A DNA stretch of 64,000 nt from Amoeboaphelidium protococcarum X5 (GCA_023515725.1 JALDTO010000237.1:186001-250000), one strand, 5' to 3'; positions 12,961-29,458 are shown, numbered from the stretch's first letter. Numbers and translations are program-made. The notes: generated by a model not told the origin, from the sequence alone.

Positions 12961-13629
12961 AACAGGTTGAAAAAACGTTTCAGTTTGAATGGTTTCAGAG
13001 TTCCAGGTACTTTCGTACAGTAGTTGTTTCTGATTAAATGAGTTTTTTTAGCTCAGTATGCATTGTCCTTGACTGATAAGAATATCATACTTAATGAAAA
13101 TGAAGAAAGTTAAAAGTAGAAACTGCAATCATTCAACCAAAATCTGTTTTCTCTCATCTCTCATTATCTCGAAGCCACTGCGCAATAGTCTCCGGGCTTA
13201 TTTAACCGTAGAGAATTGCTTGAGTAATCAAACTTAATTGATTACGGAGGCTAGGAGCAGGATCGCATACACCACCACTAACTTGACTGCGACGAGGCTA
13301 TTGATGTCTTGTACCGCGCCTTGTATTGCCTCTGGTATCGCGTCTTCCTCTAGTCAAGCGATCGAATACTTCAGCTAGCTTATACCAGAATCTTGCCTTT
13401 TAATACACGTCAATCAGTCTGACTACCATACCAGGCAGATAAGTCAGCCCGATTCCATACACGAGGCACTTCGTTGGCGAAGTCACAGCTGGCAAAATAT
13501 GCCAAAATCCATAAGTAGATAAGACACAATTAAAACCGAAAGCGCGCTTATCTTTTTACTAAGGAGGAGGATTTGGATTCGGTGGTAGCTAAGCGCGTCT
13601 CTCATTTTGTTCAATCACGAATTGTTGAA
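12961..13629 (+). pseudogene. Degenerate coding-like segment, unassigned
   Basis: One frame with TAR-rich protein-like codons, interrupted by TGA at about 13039 and 13420; no clear start. Confidence 0.2.
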
Positions 13630-14094
13630 ACAATGGAGTGAAGTTACTGTGGCGACTTGATGTATTATCTTGATCTTGGCTCATTTTTACAGTATTTTGC
13701 AGTGCCTAAGACTTATGATGTTTACGTTAAGAGTGGGCAGTTGATTTGATGGATAGAAAGAGAAGGAGTTATATTGATCAAATTGTGGCAATAATGTTGA
13801 TAACTGGATTTCACGATCAATTCAATTTCTTTCGGTCCATAAGGGGTACGTCAAGTTCTACAATGGTTGGTAATTAGTGCTCTATGGTGTGACAAACTTC
13901 TCAACGCGTAAACTGATTCCTATAAACTTCTATAAATTATAACTTGGATGCGGATTTGCTTCAAAGTAGCCTATACGTACCATCTCGCATACACTCACCC
14001 CTTGATTTCAGCCTCTCCACACCTCCTTTGATTTTGATATCTTTTATCAACTGTAAAATATCACTGTCCGGCATAAACAGATAGTATACTAATA

Positions 14095-15873
14095 ATGTAA
14101 TGTATTATTGTGCTAACAATGGCCGTTGTGTCTTTGGTGTAGTCTATGAATGTTGCGTATCGCTATTAGCCGAAAATAGGTGCAGTGAGCTTTGCAAGGC
14201 CCGTGCCGCGTCCTAGATTAATGCCTGTGCGCGCATCATCGAAAACTCCTAGTGGGGGACACAATTCTAATGAAGATGATAATAGTAATAACCGTGAGTT
14301 AGATGATTAGAGGCGCTTGTTAAATTCAATCTGGCATAGTCAGAGTAATTAGCTAGACAACCCCACTAAAGATCTAACTGGCGGCATGGTTGATGATAGA
14401 CTGTCCGATCTTATCTCTTTGAGTACTAAATGCGTCTATGACTTCTCTTTGAATGATTTACTCCGTCTAGTTAAGCTATGTGATGAGCTTTTGCAATAAG
14501 GCGTAACATACAACAATTTACAGAAGCTAGATAGAGTATATCAACGCTCCATAGAAGACAACTTAGGTGCTATAATTGCAACGCATATAAAATCGTCCAA
14601 CTCTATTGAATACTTTCCGCTGCTGAAAATGCATTTTGTGGTGTGTAAGGTGATGTAGAGCAGGCCTTACTTGACATTGAACGTTATTAAAAACTATTTC
14701 CGAGAATCAGTTTAATCATATAATGTTGCAGGTGGTCAGTTGGATTTTCTCATAATGGAGCTAGTGATGAAAAGATCCGGCGTGAATGGATATTAGGAAC
14801 ATTTCTTGGTTCAAGTACTTTAAGTGATCCAGGAGATTCTGGTAGATACTGTTACAGATGTCGATCAGGGCCGGGAAAAATTCGATGCTATTCTGCAAGC
14901 ATTACAGGCTTACGATATCAAGTTGGGTATCAGCACTTTTACGGGCCAAGTGCAATGGACATTGATGTTGCGTACCAATGATGGTTTAATGCGCACTATT
15001 CCGGCTCCTTTGCTTAATTTGTTTGCTGGCATCATATACCGATCTTAATTTACGAAAGGCCAAGAGTTTGGTGATGATCGGCCTATCAGCACCGTACTTG
15101 GTAGCATACCAGTTCGGCGCAATTCTGTTCGAGCTCCTAATTCTCTCATATCACTGGATTTTGAACCTTTACTTGCTATCATTAGGAAAGACAATATGGA
15201 ATTGTTGAATGAGGTTGCTCAAGATGCTATTAATGGCGAATGGCTATCATACTATTTGCATGAAGATTACGTGTCAAGTTTCCTTGCTCTTCATAGTGGA
15301 ATTTTTGAGAAACTGATGTCTGGATTTTCTGCTGTGGATTCAAAACTTGGCAAGATGTTTTCTAATGATCCGTCCAATCTACTTGATTATTTGGCGGTAA
15401 TCAAGGTCCAATGTATGCTTTTGCAAGCTATCGAGCCATTTGAAAAGCTGCTTGAACCCGCTCATCGAGATCGCCTATCTGTTGTTAGATGGAACACTTT
15501 TTTACTTGGCAAGAACTTCATATATCATACTCTCATCACTTCTCAGGATCAACAGTTATTTCACAAATTGATTTGGCGAATGTAGGAAACTTACAATATC
15601 ATAGATTCTAGCAATTAGATCATGAAATAGAATGCTTGGTACCGATACACGTTCTAAGCATTGTCAATCATTGTGGCAGACGCGATTCGGGCGGAGCGCT
15701 AAGATATTGTGGAGCTGGTGCGAGTCGCAATGTAAGATGAGTTTGATATCTCATTCACCGCAACCGTTTCCCCTGTCGGTGGACTATTTATGGTCTCGTG
15801 GCGTTGTTACATTGGTGGTGAGTCAATGATGATGGGGGTTTTTGAGAATGATTAATTTAGAGCTACTGAGTGA
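14095..15873 (+). CDS. Hypothetical secreted protein (about 592 aa)
   Basis: Long table-6 ORF joining track ORFs 14824 and 15196; signal peptide MQCIIVLTMAVVSLVQS. Confidence 0.7.
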
Positions 15874-15956
15874 TTAATTATAAAATTATAATTAAGAGGT
15901 GGTTTATATATTTTCTCTTTATTTTTACACGCAATATTGCGAAGATCCGATAAAAC

Positions 15957-16487
15957 ATGTCAAAATCTAAAAAGGCCAAAACTGATGATAATAATATTAA
16001 TACACAGCTGGTATGTGTGTACGCGTTCGTTATTCTATATCTATATCTATATAATCACTATAAAATGTAGTAATAAAATTCGCGTCTGGTGAATATGGGA
16101 GATAAGGATGCTATTAAAGGGTGCTCATTTAAGCCTGATCCTGGATATACTTTTGATAAAATCACTACTATGAATCTACCAGCGAATCTCATATAATCCA
16201 GCGATAAAGAAGTATGGCTCATGTAAATTCCAGCTAACTTTAATATCAAGTCATTGGAAGGTGTGACGTTGAAATTTAAAGATGGGGATCAGCAGCTTAC
16301 GGCATCGCATGATGGATACCGGGTTGAAATGTCTTTACCGGGTAGTCTTTAATCTGGCACTAATAACAGCAGTAATGGTAACATTGGCATGACTTACCTG
16401 GATGATAAGAGCACGCTTCAAATAGCCTCAAGTTCTGTATTTAAAAGACAGCTCACAGTCCGGCGAGACATCACTATTGACATTTGA
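15957..16487 (+). CDS. RNA polymerase I subunit RPA34-like (intron 16011-16070)
   Basis: KEVWLMQIPANFNIKSLEG motif and C-terminal FKRQLTV; GTATGT..TAG intron. Confidence 0.6.
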
Positions 16488-16823
16488 TATAGTATTGCTC
16501 AGTAATCACAACTATAGATTGTTCCAATATCATTACTCTCTAAGATTATTTCTTTAAGTTACACTTTTTTATACTAGAAATATTCCTATTTCATTATGTT
16601 ATTAACACACTTAAATGCGATACATTTTCATTGCCCATAAGTAGGTTGCCTTCAACAGCCAACACTAAGAAGTCTGACGCGTTTTCTCTTGTTCTTCTCA
16701 CTCACTCACTCACTGACTGACTGTCTGAACGCTTTTCTCTACTCCCATTCAAATCTCTAACTATTTTTTAGTCTTACTTTCCTGCTAATAAATCCCACAC
16801 TGTCGTAGTAATAGATTGCAGCA

Positions 16824-18113
16824 ATGGATAGCTTTGTAAATAAAGATATTAATTAATATGGAAATGGAACTGAATAAGAAGATATTCTTAAATTGATAGC
16901 TTTGGCGATTCCTTCTACTGAGCAATAGAGGCGGTAGTAAGGAGATGATGATGATTAAGATATGAACGACAGGGATTACAATGGTCAGTAGGTGATAACT
17001 CAACGAGATTTTCATGATACAATGTCTGCTATTATCAAAAGGGATTATTTTCCTGAATTGTAATAAAAATCGAATCTACCTGGCTACCTGTATCAACAGA
17101 GCGATGATAGTCATAGCGATGGAATGACATTGGATACATTTCTTGCAAAACACATTGGGGAGGAAGACGCGGAATTTGGAAGATTATTGGCCAGATAGAA
17201 TTAGGATAAAGTGAGTATGTTGGAAAAGCGATTATAAGCACAGAATATCGATACTTCGCGTCTTAGAATAGATTATAAGCCTTAGAAATTGTTGATGGGA
17301 GTACCTTCAGCGAATGACTTGAATTTATTAAATGCCCCACCCGAGACTCCGGACCTTATTTAGACACAGAATACTCGACTCAGTTAAACTGCCTCTACTG
17401 TCAACTAGAATCTAATGCCTGATGTAAGTGTAGTACATCCTCTGCCCCCAGATAATTACCAGTTTGTCAAGGATACGCCAGATCTGTCGTCTATGCAGTA
17501 GCCAGAGTTTACTTGGGGCAATGTCGCAGCGACACCTGTGATTATTCGTGAAGATGATGCGGAATCTTTAGTGTAATAATCTGTCTCTGAGCCGTTCAAG
17601 ATGCTTCACTTGTAGCGGAAGGACATTTTATCTAAATCTCTATCCGACAGAGCCAGTCGTTCTATTCGTGATAGAGCTGGTATTATTGCTGCCCATCCTG
17701 GAGCTAGTGGTGGAGAAAGTGGGCGATTTTCTAGACTACCGCCTGCATTTAATCAGCGTAATACATCGTCATTATTGTATAGATAGCGAGATAATGCGAG
17801 TGGCACTGCAAGTAGAAGGTTTTAAGGCAGTAGTAGTAGTGGCAGGAACCTGGGTATTAGAGACAATGATTCAACAATGGTGGCTAGTACGGCGCGGTCC
17901 TCCTCCCTTCACTCTAGTGTATCAGGCTTTAGATCTAGAGAGCGGCGATTGGCTGCTCTATCTCCCGCTGCTCATTAATTGTTGATGAGACATGGCTAGT
18001 AGAAATCATAGTCCTCGCAACTGCCGTATCGTCGATCATCATCCTCTTCTGCATAAACTCCTACGCTTACTCCTTTCACTCCAACAGTATAATAGCATTA
18101 ACAAGAAGAATGA
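16824..18113 (+). CDS. ESS2: Splicing factor ESS2/DGCR14
   Basis: IIKRDYFPEL, TLDTFLAKHIGEEDAEF, FVKDTP, FTWGNVAATP, LSPAAHQL. Confidence 0.85.
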
Positions 18114-18269
18114 AATTGTAAATACATAGAAACTGGATATAAGATCACTTTTAAAAAGCCTTTAATCTCTTTCTTCATCGGCACCTCAAACACTGCGATT
18201 AATTCTCTCCAACAAAAGCATCTTCGAGTTAATTATATAGAGCATATGGAATGCATTCCTATGTGCAAC

Positions 18270-19633
<1,364 letters not shown>

Positions 19634-20094
19634 TTTATTGTACTATGATTGTGCTTTAATACCGATATACGATAAAGCCCAAGTGAGATGTATACGAGTG
19701 TAAATGTGTTCAAGACCTTTCTATATACTGTAATAGGAGTGAGTGAGTAGGAGAGTAAAACAAGCAACGAAATCGTTTGTTCTTTCGTTTCTCGTTAATG
19801 ATCTCAGCGCTGACTTAGTTTGAGGCGGAGAAAAGAATGTGCGATTGAGCGAGCGAATCAGGTCTTCACAGCGTTTCATTTTATTTCATCGTGACAACGA
19901 CATTGATGGTGTGCTTGTGAACGAAGCGGATACTAAAAATTTTGGTTAGTAGACACTTCAGCTATGACGTGGACACCTATGTTAGTCGCGATTGGGTTAA
20001 AATAAAAGAGTTGTTACGATAAGCGAATACCTAAATGTATAATTACAGTTCGTGGGAGTCTATTATGCTAGCTATAGAGTCAAAATAGTAGTAA

Positions 20095-22527
20095 TCACAA
20101 GTTATTATGCCTGATAAAGTACGGATCATTAGGCTTGATTGTAAATTTCTTCTTGGCAAAGGAATTGCCAGAGCTGGCCACAATCTGTATCTGCCATCGC
20201 GCAAGATCCACTACCCCGTCTTGAGGAATGTACAATTGCAGAGGAATCTCTTTAGTTTCGCTAGCCACCAGCCCGCCTTTGATCAGATTACATCCAAGCC
20301 ATAGCGGTTAACCTGACGATTCTGTATCCTGCTCCAAGTCTATCACATATTCTATTGTCATGAACCATGACGTGTTTTTGAGTACAAGCGTCATTTACTT
20401 AATGTTGGCTGGCAGACTGTCATTGACCACTTTCTCATAGTAATCAACAATCACAGGGCAGTCATCGGATGTCTATTACGTGCGCTGATTAGAATTAGAA
20501 ATGGACTCCTTTTTCAAAGACATTACAGACCTCCGTTCTAATCGACTACTAATCGAGAGTCTTTACATGGAAGAGGCCGCCTAGGCTTTGAGCAGAGTCC
20601 TACTAAAGCCATTCGAACAAATTATATTATACATTTAGCTTTGTATAGAGAACGCTATCGTATTTAATCTTGCATTTAGAGGGGAGGCGAACGGATTCTA
20701 GAACTTGAACTTAAGCAGAGTTGTCTACCTACCAGGGAGAGCAATAGATGACGCAAGTGATTAATACTTTTACTCACCAATTGATATTCCAACTTGAGTG
20801 TCTTGCAGTTACACTTAGGTACTCAACGAATTCCACACCATAAGCGATACCTGGAGCCATATCTTCTTGGACGCAGTCGATAACTATTACTTGTTTGGAG
20901 GGGAAAGTTAAAGCAAATCCTCTTGACTACTAACCTCTGACAAGCTAAAGCTCTTCCACACGATAATGAGGAATGAACACTAGGATTTTAAAGAGTCAGG
21001 TTACTACTACTACTAGCTTTTCGCATTCTTGTCGCAAATATTGAGAAGCTCAATTTCTGCCTTCTCACTGAGTGAAGACTAAATACTGCCCATACAAAAA
21101 TCATCAAATACTTTAGATGGCGACAATTGACATTCCTAACAATCCTGAAGTAACAAAGATGCAACAGAGCCATACAATGATCCATAAAGTCGCACATTCT
21201 AATTATCCTTCAGAAAAGGCATTAATATATTGCCAATTCGCGATCGATTTTTAGCTTCAATGTATTGCAAGGCAGCGTGAAAAGAGAACTGACAATACTT
21301 TCTCATCATACCAAGCATTTTGTAGCAATACGCGCTCTATTCATACACAAATCCCACAGACAAGGCATCTATCACAGAAATGATCATCAGCAATGACTTG
21401 GCAGCCTCTCGGAACATTTTGGCCTCAATAAGAGCAGAGTGTACTGATACGACACAGAGCACAGCCTCAGTAAGATCCTCACTATTCACAAATCCATTAA
21501 ATGCAGACTCCAAGTATTATTCATAGTCTTTACTTGAAATACTTTCGGAATTGCTTGATGAGTTCACAAAGCTAGACGATTAAGCAACTTGAAGTATAAT
21601 ACACAGTGCAATCATATGCTGAGCGTTTGCATAATACTTCACAGCTCTGTCCGACTGAAAATCCTTCTTGACAATATCATAAATGACATAGGCGAACTTG
21701 TAATCTTTCAACATGAACGAATAGTCAGCCAGCCGTTAGAGAGTAATCTCAGTACTTTATGGTAGATAGACGCTCTTCACTGTGCCGGCGACCGAGATTT
21801 GTTATAGAGAAGACTACTTGGCAGCGCTGGTGGTAAAGTATCTACGGCCAACACTGAACAATCGTCCACTAAGTCCTCGCCGCGGATTGGCATAATTCTC
21901 GTTCCATAACTGCATCGATCTATCCATAAAAGGTATGAGTGACTAGCACATAAACTCACGTATAAATTGGATTAATAACTAATCGTCTTACTACTATGTT
22001 TGCAATAGATAGCAATGCAGACCAAACTTGCTCTTGACTTGTGCCAACGCCTAATCATGATTCGCAGTCTAAGTTTACATATTCTACACAGAGACTATAA
22101 GATTGTACTATAGCAAATCTTGATGCATATATTCCGGTAGACTTCTAGTTTACTACTATTACTATTTCTGCTATAGAGCGGTTAACTAATCCACGACATT
22201 TCCAGATTCCAATACGGCAACATTGACAACTGCCAAAGGATGTGACAAGGTTGAAAACTCTTGCACTTCTCGCTTAACTCTAAATGGTACAGTTTAAACT
22301 TCCTCATTGATTTAAAGACCGTTTTATATAGCAGGTAGTCGAGCATATCCAATCTGGTCCAGTTAAGAGGTGAAATGGAGACGAAGTTATTTCAAGTTCA
22401 CAGCATAAACTTGACCATTCAGCAATGACGGTCTCTGTAAAGGAACATTGAGACTGTTAATACTATTCAGTCTATCACATACACTATTAGCCAAGCCGTC
22501 ATCCTAACATTTAACAAGAATAATCAT
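20095..22527 (-). CDS. TRAPPC8: TRAPP III subunit Trs85/TRAPPC8-like
   Basis: LQRLADYSFMLKDYKFAYVIYDIVKKDFQSDRAVKYYANA motif in an 810-codon table-6 ORF. Confidence 0.75.
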
Positions 22528-22796
22528 AATTATAATTTATGGGAGGTTTGTACAACTGAATAAAACGAGAGTTTCTGCAATGGAGAAAAGAGAAAACGAG
22601 CGAACGAGATGATCTAACTGAAGTCACCAGCGTATAGTAAACAGTTTATGAATATATCGTCGTAAATTAAAGTTCAAAACGAAAATCTATGTTTATTTTT
22701 TTTTCATTACCACGAAGTTAATGTCATTCTTTACAGGTATGAGATGCAAGTGGAATGTATACAATCAAAGGCATTGAGATCAATGGACTGATGGCA

Positions 22797-23783
22797 TCAG
22801 CAGAGCCAGAGCCAGTACAGTGAGACACTTAGCAGACTGACTAAAGGTATATTTAAACTGTTGTAACTAGAGTAAGCACCAGACATCGCGTCAGAGCCCA
22901 TGCGACATTTAAATTGACCTTATACAATGTTATTCTGACCGCTTCCTGCCAGTTGTTTCTTTAGATCAGAACAAGATGTACCATTAGTATTTGTACCAAC
23001 CTGAATGTAGAATCCGCCTTCGATATTCTTCAACTTTGGTCCGAATGTCATCTCTTTCATATCTAAGCCAACCTGTTAGGTGACTGTGACAGTTCCCGAA
23101 ACAGTTTGAAGTTCTGCCAGATCAGTCTCGTTGAAACCGCGCCACTTTGTATTATCTTTCAAGTACATCGCACCATTGACTGTTTAGAGTTACGGAAGGT
23201 GGACCTGCTGCAGTTCATCATTGTTCTAAAACGCCAGACTTCCAACCTTGTTTAGATTTGGAAGTGATACGGTCTACATCTAGCATTCATTGATCTCAAC
23301 GACGCGTCCGACCTCTTATAATGCAGTCAAGTTGAACTGCTCAATGTACCACAGGCTCACGTTGTTCTCTGCCTGTTTCAGCGATTGCAGATTCAAAGTC
23401 TTCATTGAGCGTTTCGTATCGCCAGTCACGTAAAAACTTCCTACAGATTCCAGGGATGATAGGTCCACAGCATCGGCAGCAGTGTTGTCATAGATGCTGA
23501 TATCGTTGGAGACGCTTTTCAAGTCGGGCGCTAGGAATCGCAATAGACCAGGATTGTGGACAACTTGCAAGTTTCCTTTTATATGACGCACGTCTTTCAG
23601 TGTAACTTCTGCCTCGTTGATGGCTTTTATTACAACATTACCATCATAAGTTTGGCACGGGCTCAGTGAGGCTAATTGACCAGGATCAGAGATTGTGACA
23701 TCTCCACTGCACAATTGCTGATCGTCATCTCCCCTAACTAAATGAAGGCTAGCGATATAAAACATTAAGCTTGATATCAACAT
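22797..23783 (-). CDS. ECM33/SPS2-like GPI-anchored receptor L-domain protein
   Basis: Signal peptide; C..C-x-T-x-x-G start; repeated L-x-x-V motifs (PDLKSV, SSLESV, PNLNKV, PQLQTV); terminal Cys pair; hydrophobic tail. Confidence 0.75.
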
Positions 23784-23952
23784 TTCTTATTCTCTATTAT
23801 AAACGATCAAATAATTCAAAGTGGAAAGATATAAATGATTTGATGCAAAATGATGTCTATCTATATCTATCTATAAATTATTTGATGATGCTATCAGCAA
23901 GATGTCCGTGATCTTCAATAAGACTGATGAAATCAATACACACACGTTCAGT

Positions 23953-26100
23953 TCAAGCACATATTAAAGCAATGCGGCGCTTTCTAATCTTTGACAGCAC
24001 ATTATCACCTACAGCGCATAAACTGTGCATACCACCATTGCCAGCAATAAGTTTCTGGGAGTCAGGACCAATGAGAGTACACTGCTGGCATTCTTTAACA
24101 CTCAACTCTTTCAGATCAATACAACGGTCAACCAGCGCTTTTATTCCAACCACAGTGATCATTGTCTTGTTCATAGACAGAGACTACAGACTTGGGCAGT
24201 ACTTGGAAAGACACACAAATGTCTTATCAGTCAACTGCTGACAATCATTGAGGGAGAGAGCGCGGATCTATCGGCATTGTGACGCGATCATTACCAATGA
24301 TATGTCTGTTATTTTGGCACCATTTAGGTACAATGATTGCAATTTACGCAGTTTTTACACGTGTATTGCGCCATTATCCGTGACAAGTACACACCCAGAA
24401 ATAGAAAGACTAACCAAATCAGGACAATTGTTCGCTACCGCCTCTACTGCAATATCAGAGATTGGGAGTTGAAATAGACTTAAGCATTGCAATTAATTAC
24501 AATTCTCAACAATTGCTGTTATGCTGGAATCACCAACTCGAGCGCATCCATTAAGTGACAAAATTTATAAATGCTGCATATTCACAGCCATAGCAGTCAA
24601 TACATGGTCAGAAATAAAAGGCAGATGAGCCAGTGACAATGAAGCAATATTGGGACAATTGGTTAATAGAGAGCGAAGGGAGCCATCCTCTAATCGTTTG
24701 CAGCCGTTCAATGCTAAACTCTTCAGCGACTTACAATGCATACCCAGACCTTCAACAATGGCTCTATCTGTCAGCTGACTACACCAACTCAGATCTAGAG
24801 CCAATAAATTCTGCTAAGTGGACTGAGCAATCTTGATGACAGTGTCATCAGATAAACGTTCACAGTTTCGAAGTCGTAACTCTTTCAAGCTGGGATTAGC
24901 TTAGACCACGGCTGCTATAGCTTCATCGGCAATCTAAGTGCGCGGATTCATCAGAGGACGCGAAAGATTGAGCACCTCCAACCTGGTGCAGCCACGAGCA
25001 AGCTCTTCAACAGACTCTGTCGATACCAAATCGCATCGGTTGAGATTGAGGATTTTCAATTTTCGACAATGTCTAGCAACCAGAACCATGCTCCTATCCG
25101 TGATCTAGGAGCAATTTGAAAGAGTCAAAGATTCCAATTGCGGACAACTGATAGCCACCAGAGACACCAAAAAATCCAAATTCTGCTTCATGAACGACTC
25201 AGTATTGGAGCCGTGAGATGGTGTCAGGTAGATGCTTTTTATCATCTAGCCATAAATCCACCCATTTACCGGGGATGGAATTTACACAAAGAATTCATGC
25301 AACTAACAAGTCTCTGGCTAAGTGCCCCAACAAACGTTGCCTGCCATGACACTGCGACCAATCTAACCGCCTTTCTTACTGGAGCCTAATGTCCTAGCCA
25401 GACGCTCCACCGATACATCATTTCCCACTTTGACATTCTTGTACAGCATCTTGACGGCGCACTGATTCCACAGCTTAGAGACGAGAGCACATGAATGCAA
25501 CTTGGGCTTTGAGATGGTGTACTTAACAGAGTCCACTTTGACGAAATCCAATGGCTGATTAGGATCACTGCATAGAGTCATTGGAGATTCAAGAAATGAT
25601 AGTATGTGCAGCAATATTTCTGGAATATACAACGGATGAGGACGTGTTGGTACTCCTTATGAATCAATATCCATTCCAACCACAGAATCGATGACTGTAT
25701 CCTCTTGCGCGTCCAGCATGCTATGAGACTTTAAGATTTCCACACTTCCATCAGTAAATTGCTTGTCCCCAAAGGATGTTTTACCACTTTTAGATTGAGC
25801 ATAAGTAGACTGATCAACGGCATTATTCTTGGCACCATATTAATGAAATCCAAAAGCAGATGCAGCAGCCTTTACAACAGAGGACAAACCATGATGATGA
25901 TGATTACCCTTGTCGTGTTGCTTTGGTTTAACAACATGCTATGTACTGAATTAACCTTGCTACTATTACAGCAATGCAATGGCGGCTGGACTCAGCATCT
26001 CATTAACCTTCTTCATCTGCTGCTATTAGGCATCAGCAGAGATTGACCGACTAGTTACGCGAAAGGTTGACTATTTCTGGTTTGTAAATTTATCTCTCAT
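23953..26100 (-). CDS. F-box/LRR protein (GRR1/AMN1-like)
   Basis: F-box YIPEILLHILSFL..LHSCALVSKLWNQCA followed by many LxLxxCxxITD LRR-CC repeats. Confidence 0.85.
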
Positions 26101-26833
26101 TGTCGATGTTGTGTTATTAATGCAGTAGCTGTAAGGTGTAAGTGAATCTAATCAGACAGATATGGAGACGATAGGATGGAATGCAAACGTGACTACACAC
26201 ACAAATACAGTTAATAATACCGGTAAACATTTGAAAATACATAAATCACTTACTTACTAGTCGCTGATATCAATGAAGACTACTATCTATACACAGACAA
26301 TAAAGAGGGAGTGAGAGAATGAATACACCAAGGTAAACCAGACGGAAAATAGCCGCACCTGCCAACTTGTATAAAATTAGCCTGTTTCTATCGCGATCTT
26401 CTCACCAGTCATCACGTTTGATTTAAGGTGTAACAGTCAATGCTAGGCAACCATCGGATTGACCATCGGTCTACTATAATCTGCCAAACAGTACTTTCGA
26501 CTTACGCTCTCGACCGGACAACCACTAATTTGGTACTAAAATATTAGACAACTCAAGATAAACCGGTGCGCCTAAAATGACTTCTCGCGGTATCAATTAG
26601 ATCTAATGCACAATCACTATAGTACAGCGAAAGCGAAAGCGTAAGTCAAACAGCTAATGCACTGGGAAAATGCGCATTGGATATAGATATTATCTGAATG
26701 AGTTTGATATTTGAATGTCTTAAGCTACCATTGTGCGTTAACAGTAGTAAAAATCAACAGTGAGAATTGGGTGTATAGAAAGTGGATATACCAAATAGCT
26801 TATAACTTAAAATAACTACTTGACTTAATACAA

Positions 26834-27817
26834 TCATATTCTTGAGGATGCAGAGGCGGCTTACCGACCCTTAAAAATGTTCTTAAATCTAGCCCTAAAT
26901 GAGTTCCTGGCCTACTATTTTTAGCGATATTGTTGATGCACCTCATCTGCCATGTTCATTACGCGATCGTCGCCAAACACAAAGTATATAAGGGAGCTTA
27001 TTATACTACCAAACCCCCAAGGAAGAACAGGAATAGACCAAACTAACGTACCCCATATAACTAAATTCATTGTAAAGCCGAGGACAATTAAAGATCGTTC
27101 TAGTTTGTGAAATAGACGCTCAGACAATCTGCGATCATTCAGGGACATAATCACGGATCTAACGTATATGCTAATCATCAGACCAGTAGTCATTGTAAGC
27201 ATGAGTGTAGGCAGCAAAGAGCCAGACTTTGATGAACCATGAACGCCACCATTACTCCAAGTCAATTACAAAGTTTAAGATCTCACCTTCGAGTTAGAGC
27301 CAAATCTGAGTAACTTGCGTGAAACTTTCTCATGAACCTCAACCGTAGGCAAGCCTTTAATACTCTGCAAGAACTCCTGCAAATTATCAAGCTTGCCCAG
27401 ATCTAGAGAATTAGTTGCCAAACGCGATATTGAGTTAATGTATTATTAAGAGTTCCAGGTCATATCCTAAAATAGAGCTTAAAAGTTACGTCCTTGGTTG
27501 GACGTCATTTACACTACGCGTTCCTTGATGTCATGTGGCAGCTCTAGAGACATGATACTATTGACAGCATGTTGCAATTTGATACCATTATCGATCGCAC
27601 CACTCATGATAGAACGACTAAATTCTTTCAGTTATCCGTAATAATAAGATTGGCGATCGACTTCAACGAATAATTCATTAATGTCTCCGCCAGAAGCAGT
27701 GCTCATAGCCATACCAGAGAAGCTGTCACGAGCATTTTACATGGCTGATACGGTAGGATATAGGCAGCCCTGCCACAATACAGGCCACACCATACATAGA
27801 ACACGTGTGTCAATCAT
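26834..27817 (-). CDS. Hypothetical signal-peptide protein with C-terminal TM helices
   Basis: 327-aa table-6 ORF; hydrophobic N-terminus ending TVSA; 2-3 TM segments near the C-terminus. Confidence 0.6.
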
Positions 27818-28567
27818 CGATACTAGTAAAATGTGGAATATTCTGTTAAGATAATAATAAAAATACTACCTGTTGATAAAAATATTCTTAATGTCAGCAG
27901 AGAAAAAACTACGGATTCATTAAGAAGTTAGACTTACAGTGCATCTCCCTGCGCCACTCTGGTTAAGAAGCCCCTGAACCGATAGCTGAGGCGAATTATA
28001 TTATTTTAGAACGTATTCATATTAAAGAATAGAACGAAGTGAGCTGCTAATGACATTGTGACAGTGTGATGAAAACAAAATGTGCTCTATCAAATTGGTG
28101 CGGCACTTCAGTGTATTGCGCATGCAAGTTCAATAGTTTCTTTGGCGGCTACCGTAGAGTCCTTCATCGTTCGTCAAATTACCTCTAAAAAACTAACCGC
28201 CACGCAACAGCCTTACCTCTACCTAATCAACCAAGACATAAACATATGAATGGCGGGCTATAAGGTTGTGAAAAATGCAGTATTTATCATCCATCTACGG
28301 TAAGTTTGCATCATTCAGATGATCTGGTCAAACCAGCAGTGAAGCGCGTGAAAATCCTAAATCTGTTTCCGGTTTCATCATTCGAGTTCGTTTCACTCAT
28401 TCTTTTCTTTCCTTCAACTGAACAACAACAACAAACTGCGTACTTAAGTATTACCGAAGCCTTTTGTAGATTATTGCTAGCAGAATAGTATAATTATAAT
28501 TCTCTAAAATCTTTTAAAATAGTCCTCCGTTAATAGCCCGTTACTGTATTGAAGGATGCCAATCTTT

Positions 28568-29458
28568 ATGAATTCTGCCAACTCTGACAGGCTGCGTTAG
28601 TCAAGCAATCTGTCACTGCCAAGTCCTAACAAGGAGACCAAGGCTCTAATTAATATGGTCAAGGAAGTTATGGTGCATTTGTACTCTTCTAGGCCTGAAT
28701 ACCAGGAGCGTGCTCTGTCTACTTTTTATGCTCAGAATGCCCAGTTTACCGATGCCCTGTTGACTGTCAAAGGTCGCAAGAATATTGCCAGAGTGTTCAA
28801 CTTCTACTTTGGTATGGTGGCCAGATCGGTGCGCACGGATGTTCGTCATGTCTCCTGCGCTCCTGCTCCTATTGCCTATGGTCATCAAAAGTCTACTACG
28901 ACTCTGAAGAATGGAGTCACCATAATGGTTGATCATTAGATTGTAGTTGAAGAGTTTACCACCATTGGCAAGTTGTTGTATTTCCTCAGACTGCTTCCAC
29001 CATGTACATATTTGAGTTATGCCAACAATGAGAGCTCGAATATTGGTCTGCGAGTAATCTCCAAGATTGATTATGTTCCTGATGAGAGTGCCTAGTCTGT
29101 TAATGGAGCTTTAAGCATTGAAGAGAATGGTTTTATCGTCAGTCATGAAGATATTTATAGTGCGTCTGGAATTGTGTCTCTGGTCTACTTGTATCCAGTG
29201 TTTTGGATTCTATTCTACTTGAATGTTCTAGCATACGGCCTCTCTGTTGGATTGCAATGGATGAATGTATTTTTGAGTTTTGTGTCTCTCAACTTGATGA
29301 AGAATGTCACCTCTTCAATCCCTGCGGTTGATGTCTTTGCTTTTGAAAATGGACAAGAGGCTGTTAAGAAATCTATTGGCTGGCTTCTGTCTCAAGTTAT
29401 TTTGCCCATCACTGACCGCAAAGCGTCTCAATTGAATGGCCATATAGAGCGTAAATGA
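28568..29458 (+). CDS. NTF2/SnoaL-like protein with C-terminal membrane segment
   Basis: STFYAQNAQFTDALLTVKGRKNI, IVSHEDIYS. Confidence 0.6.

Noticed and set aside
16697-16728. (CTCA)n(CTGA)n tract upstream of ESS2
   Set aside because: Short microsatellite with no further support for function
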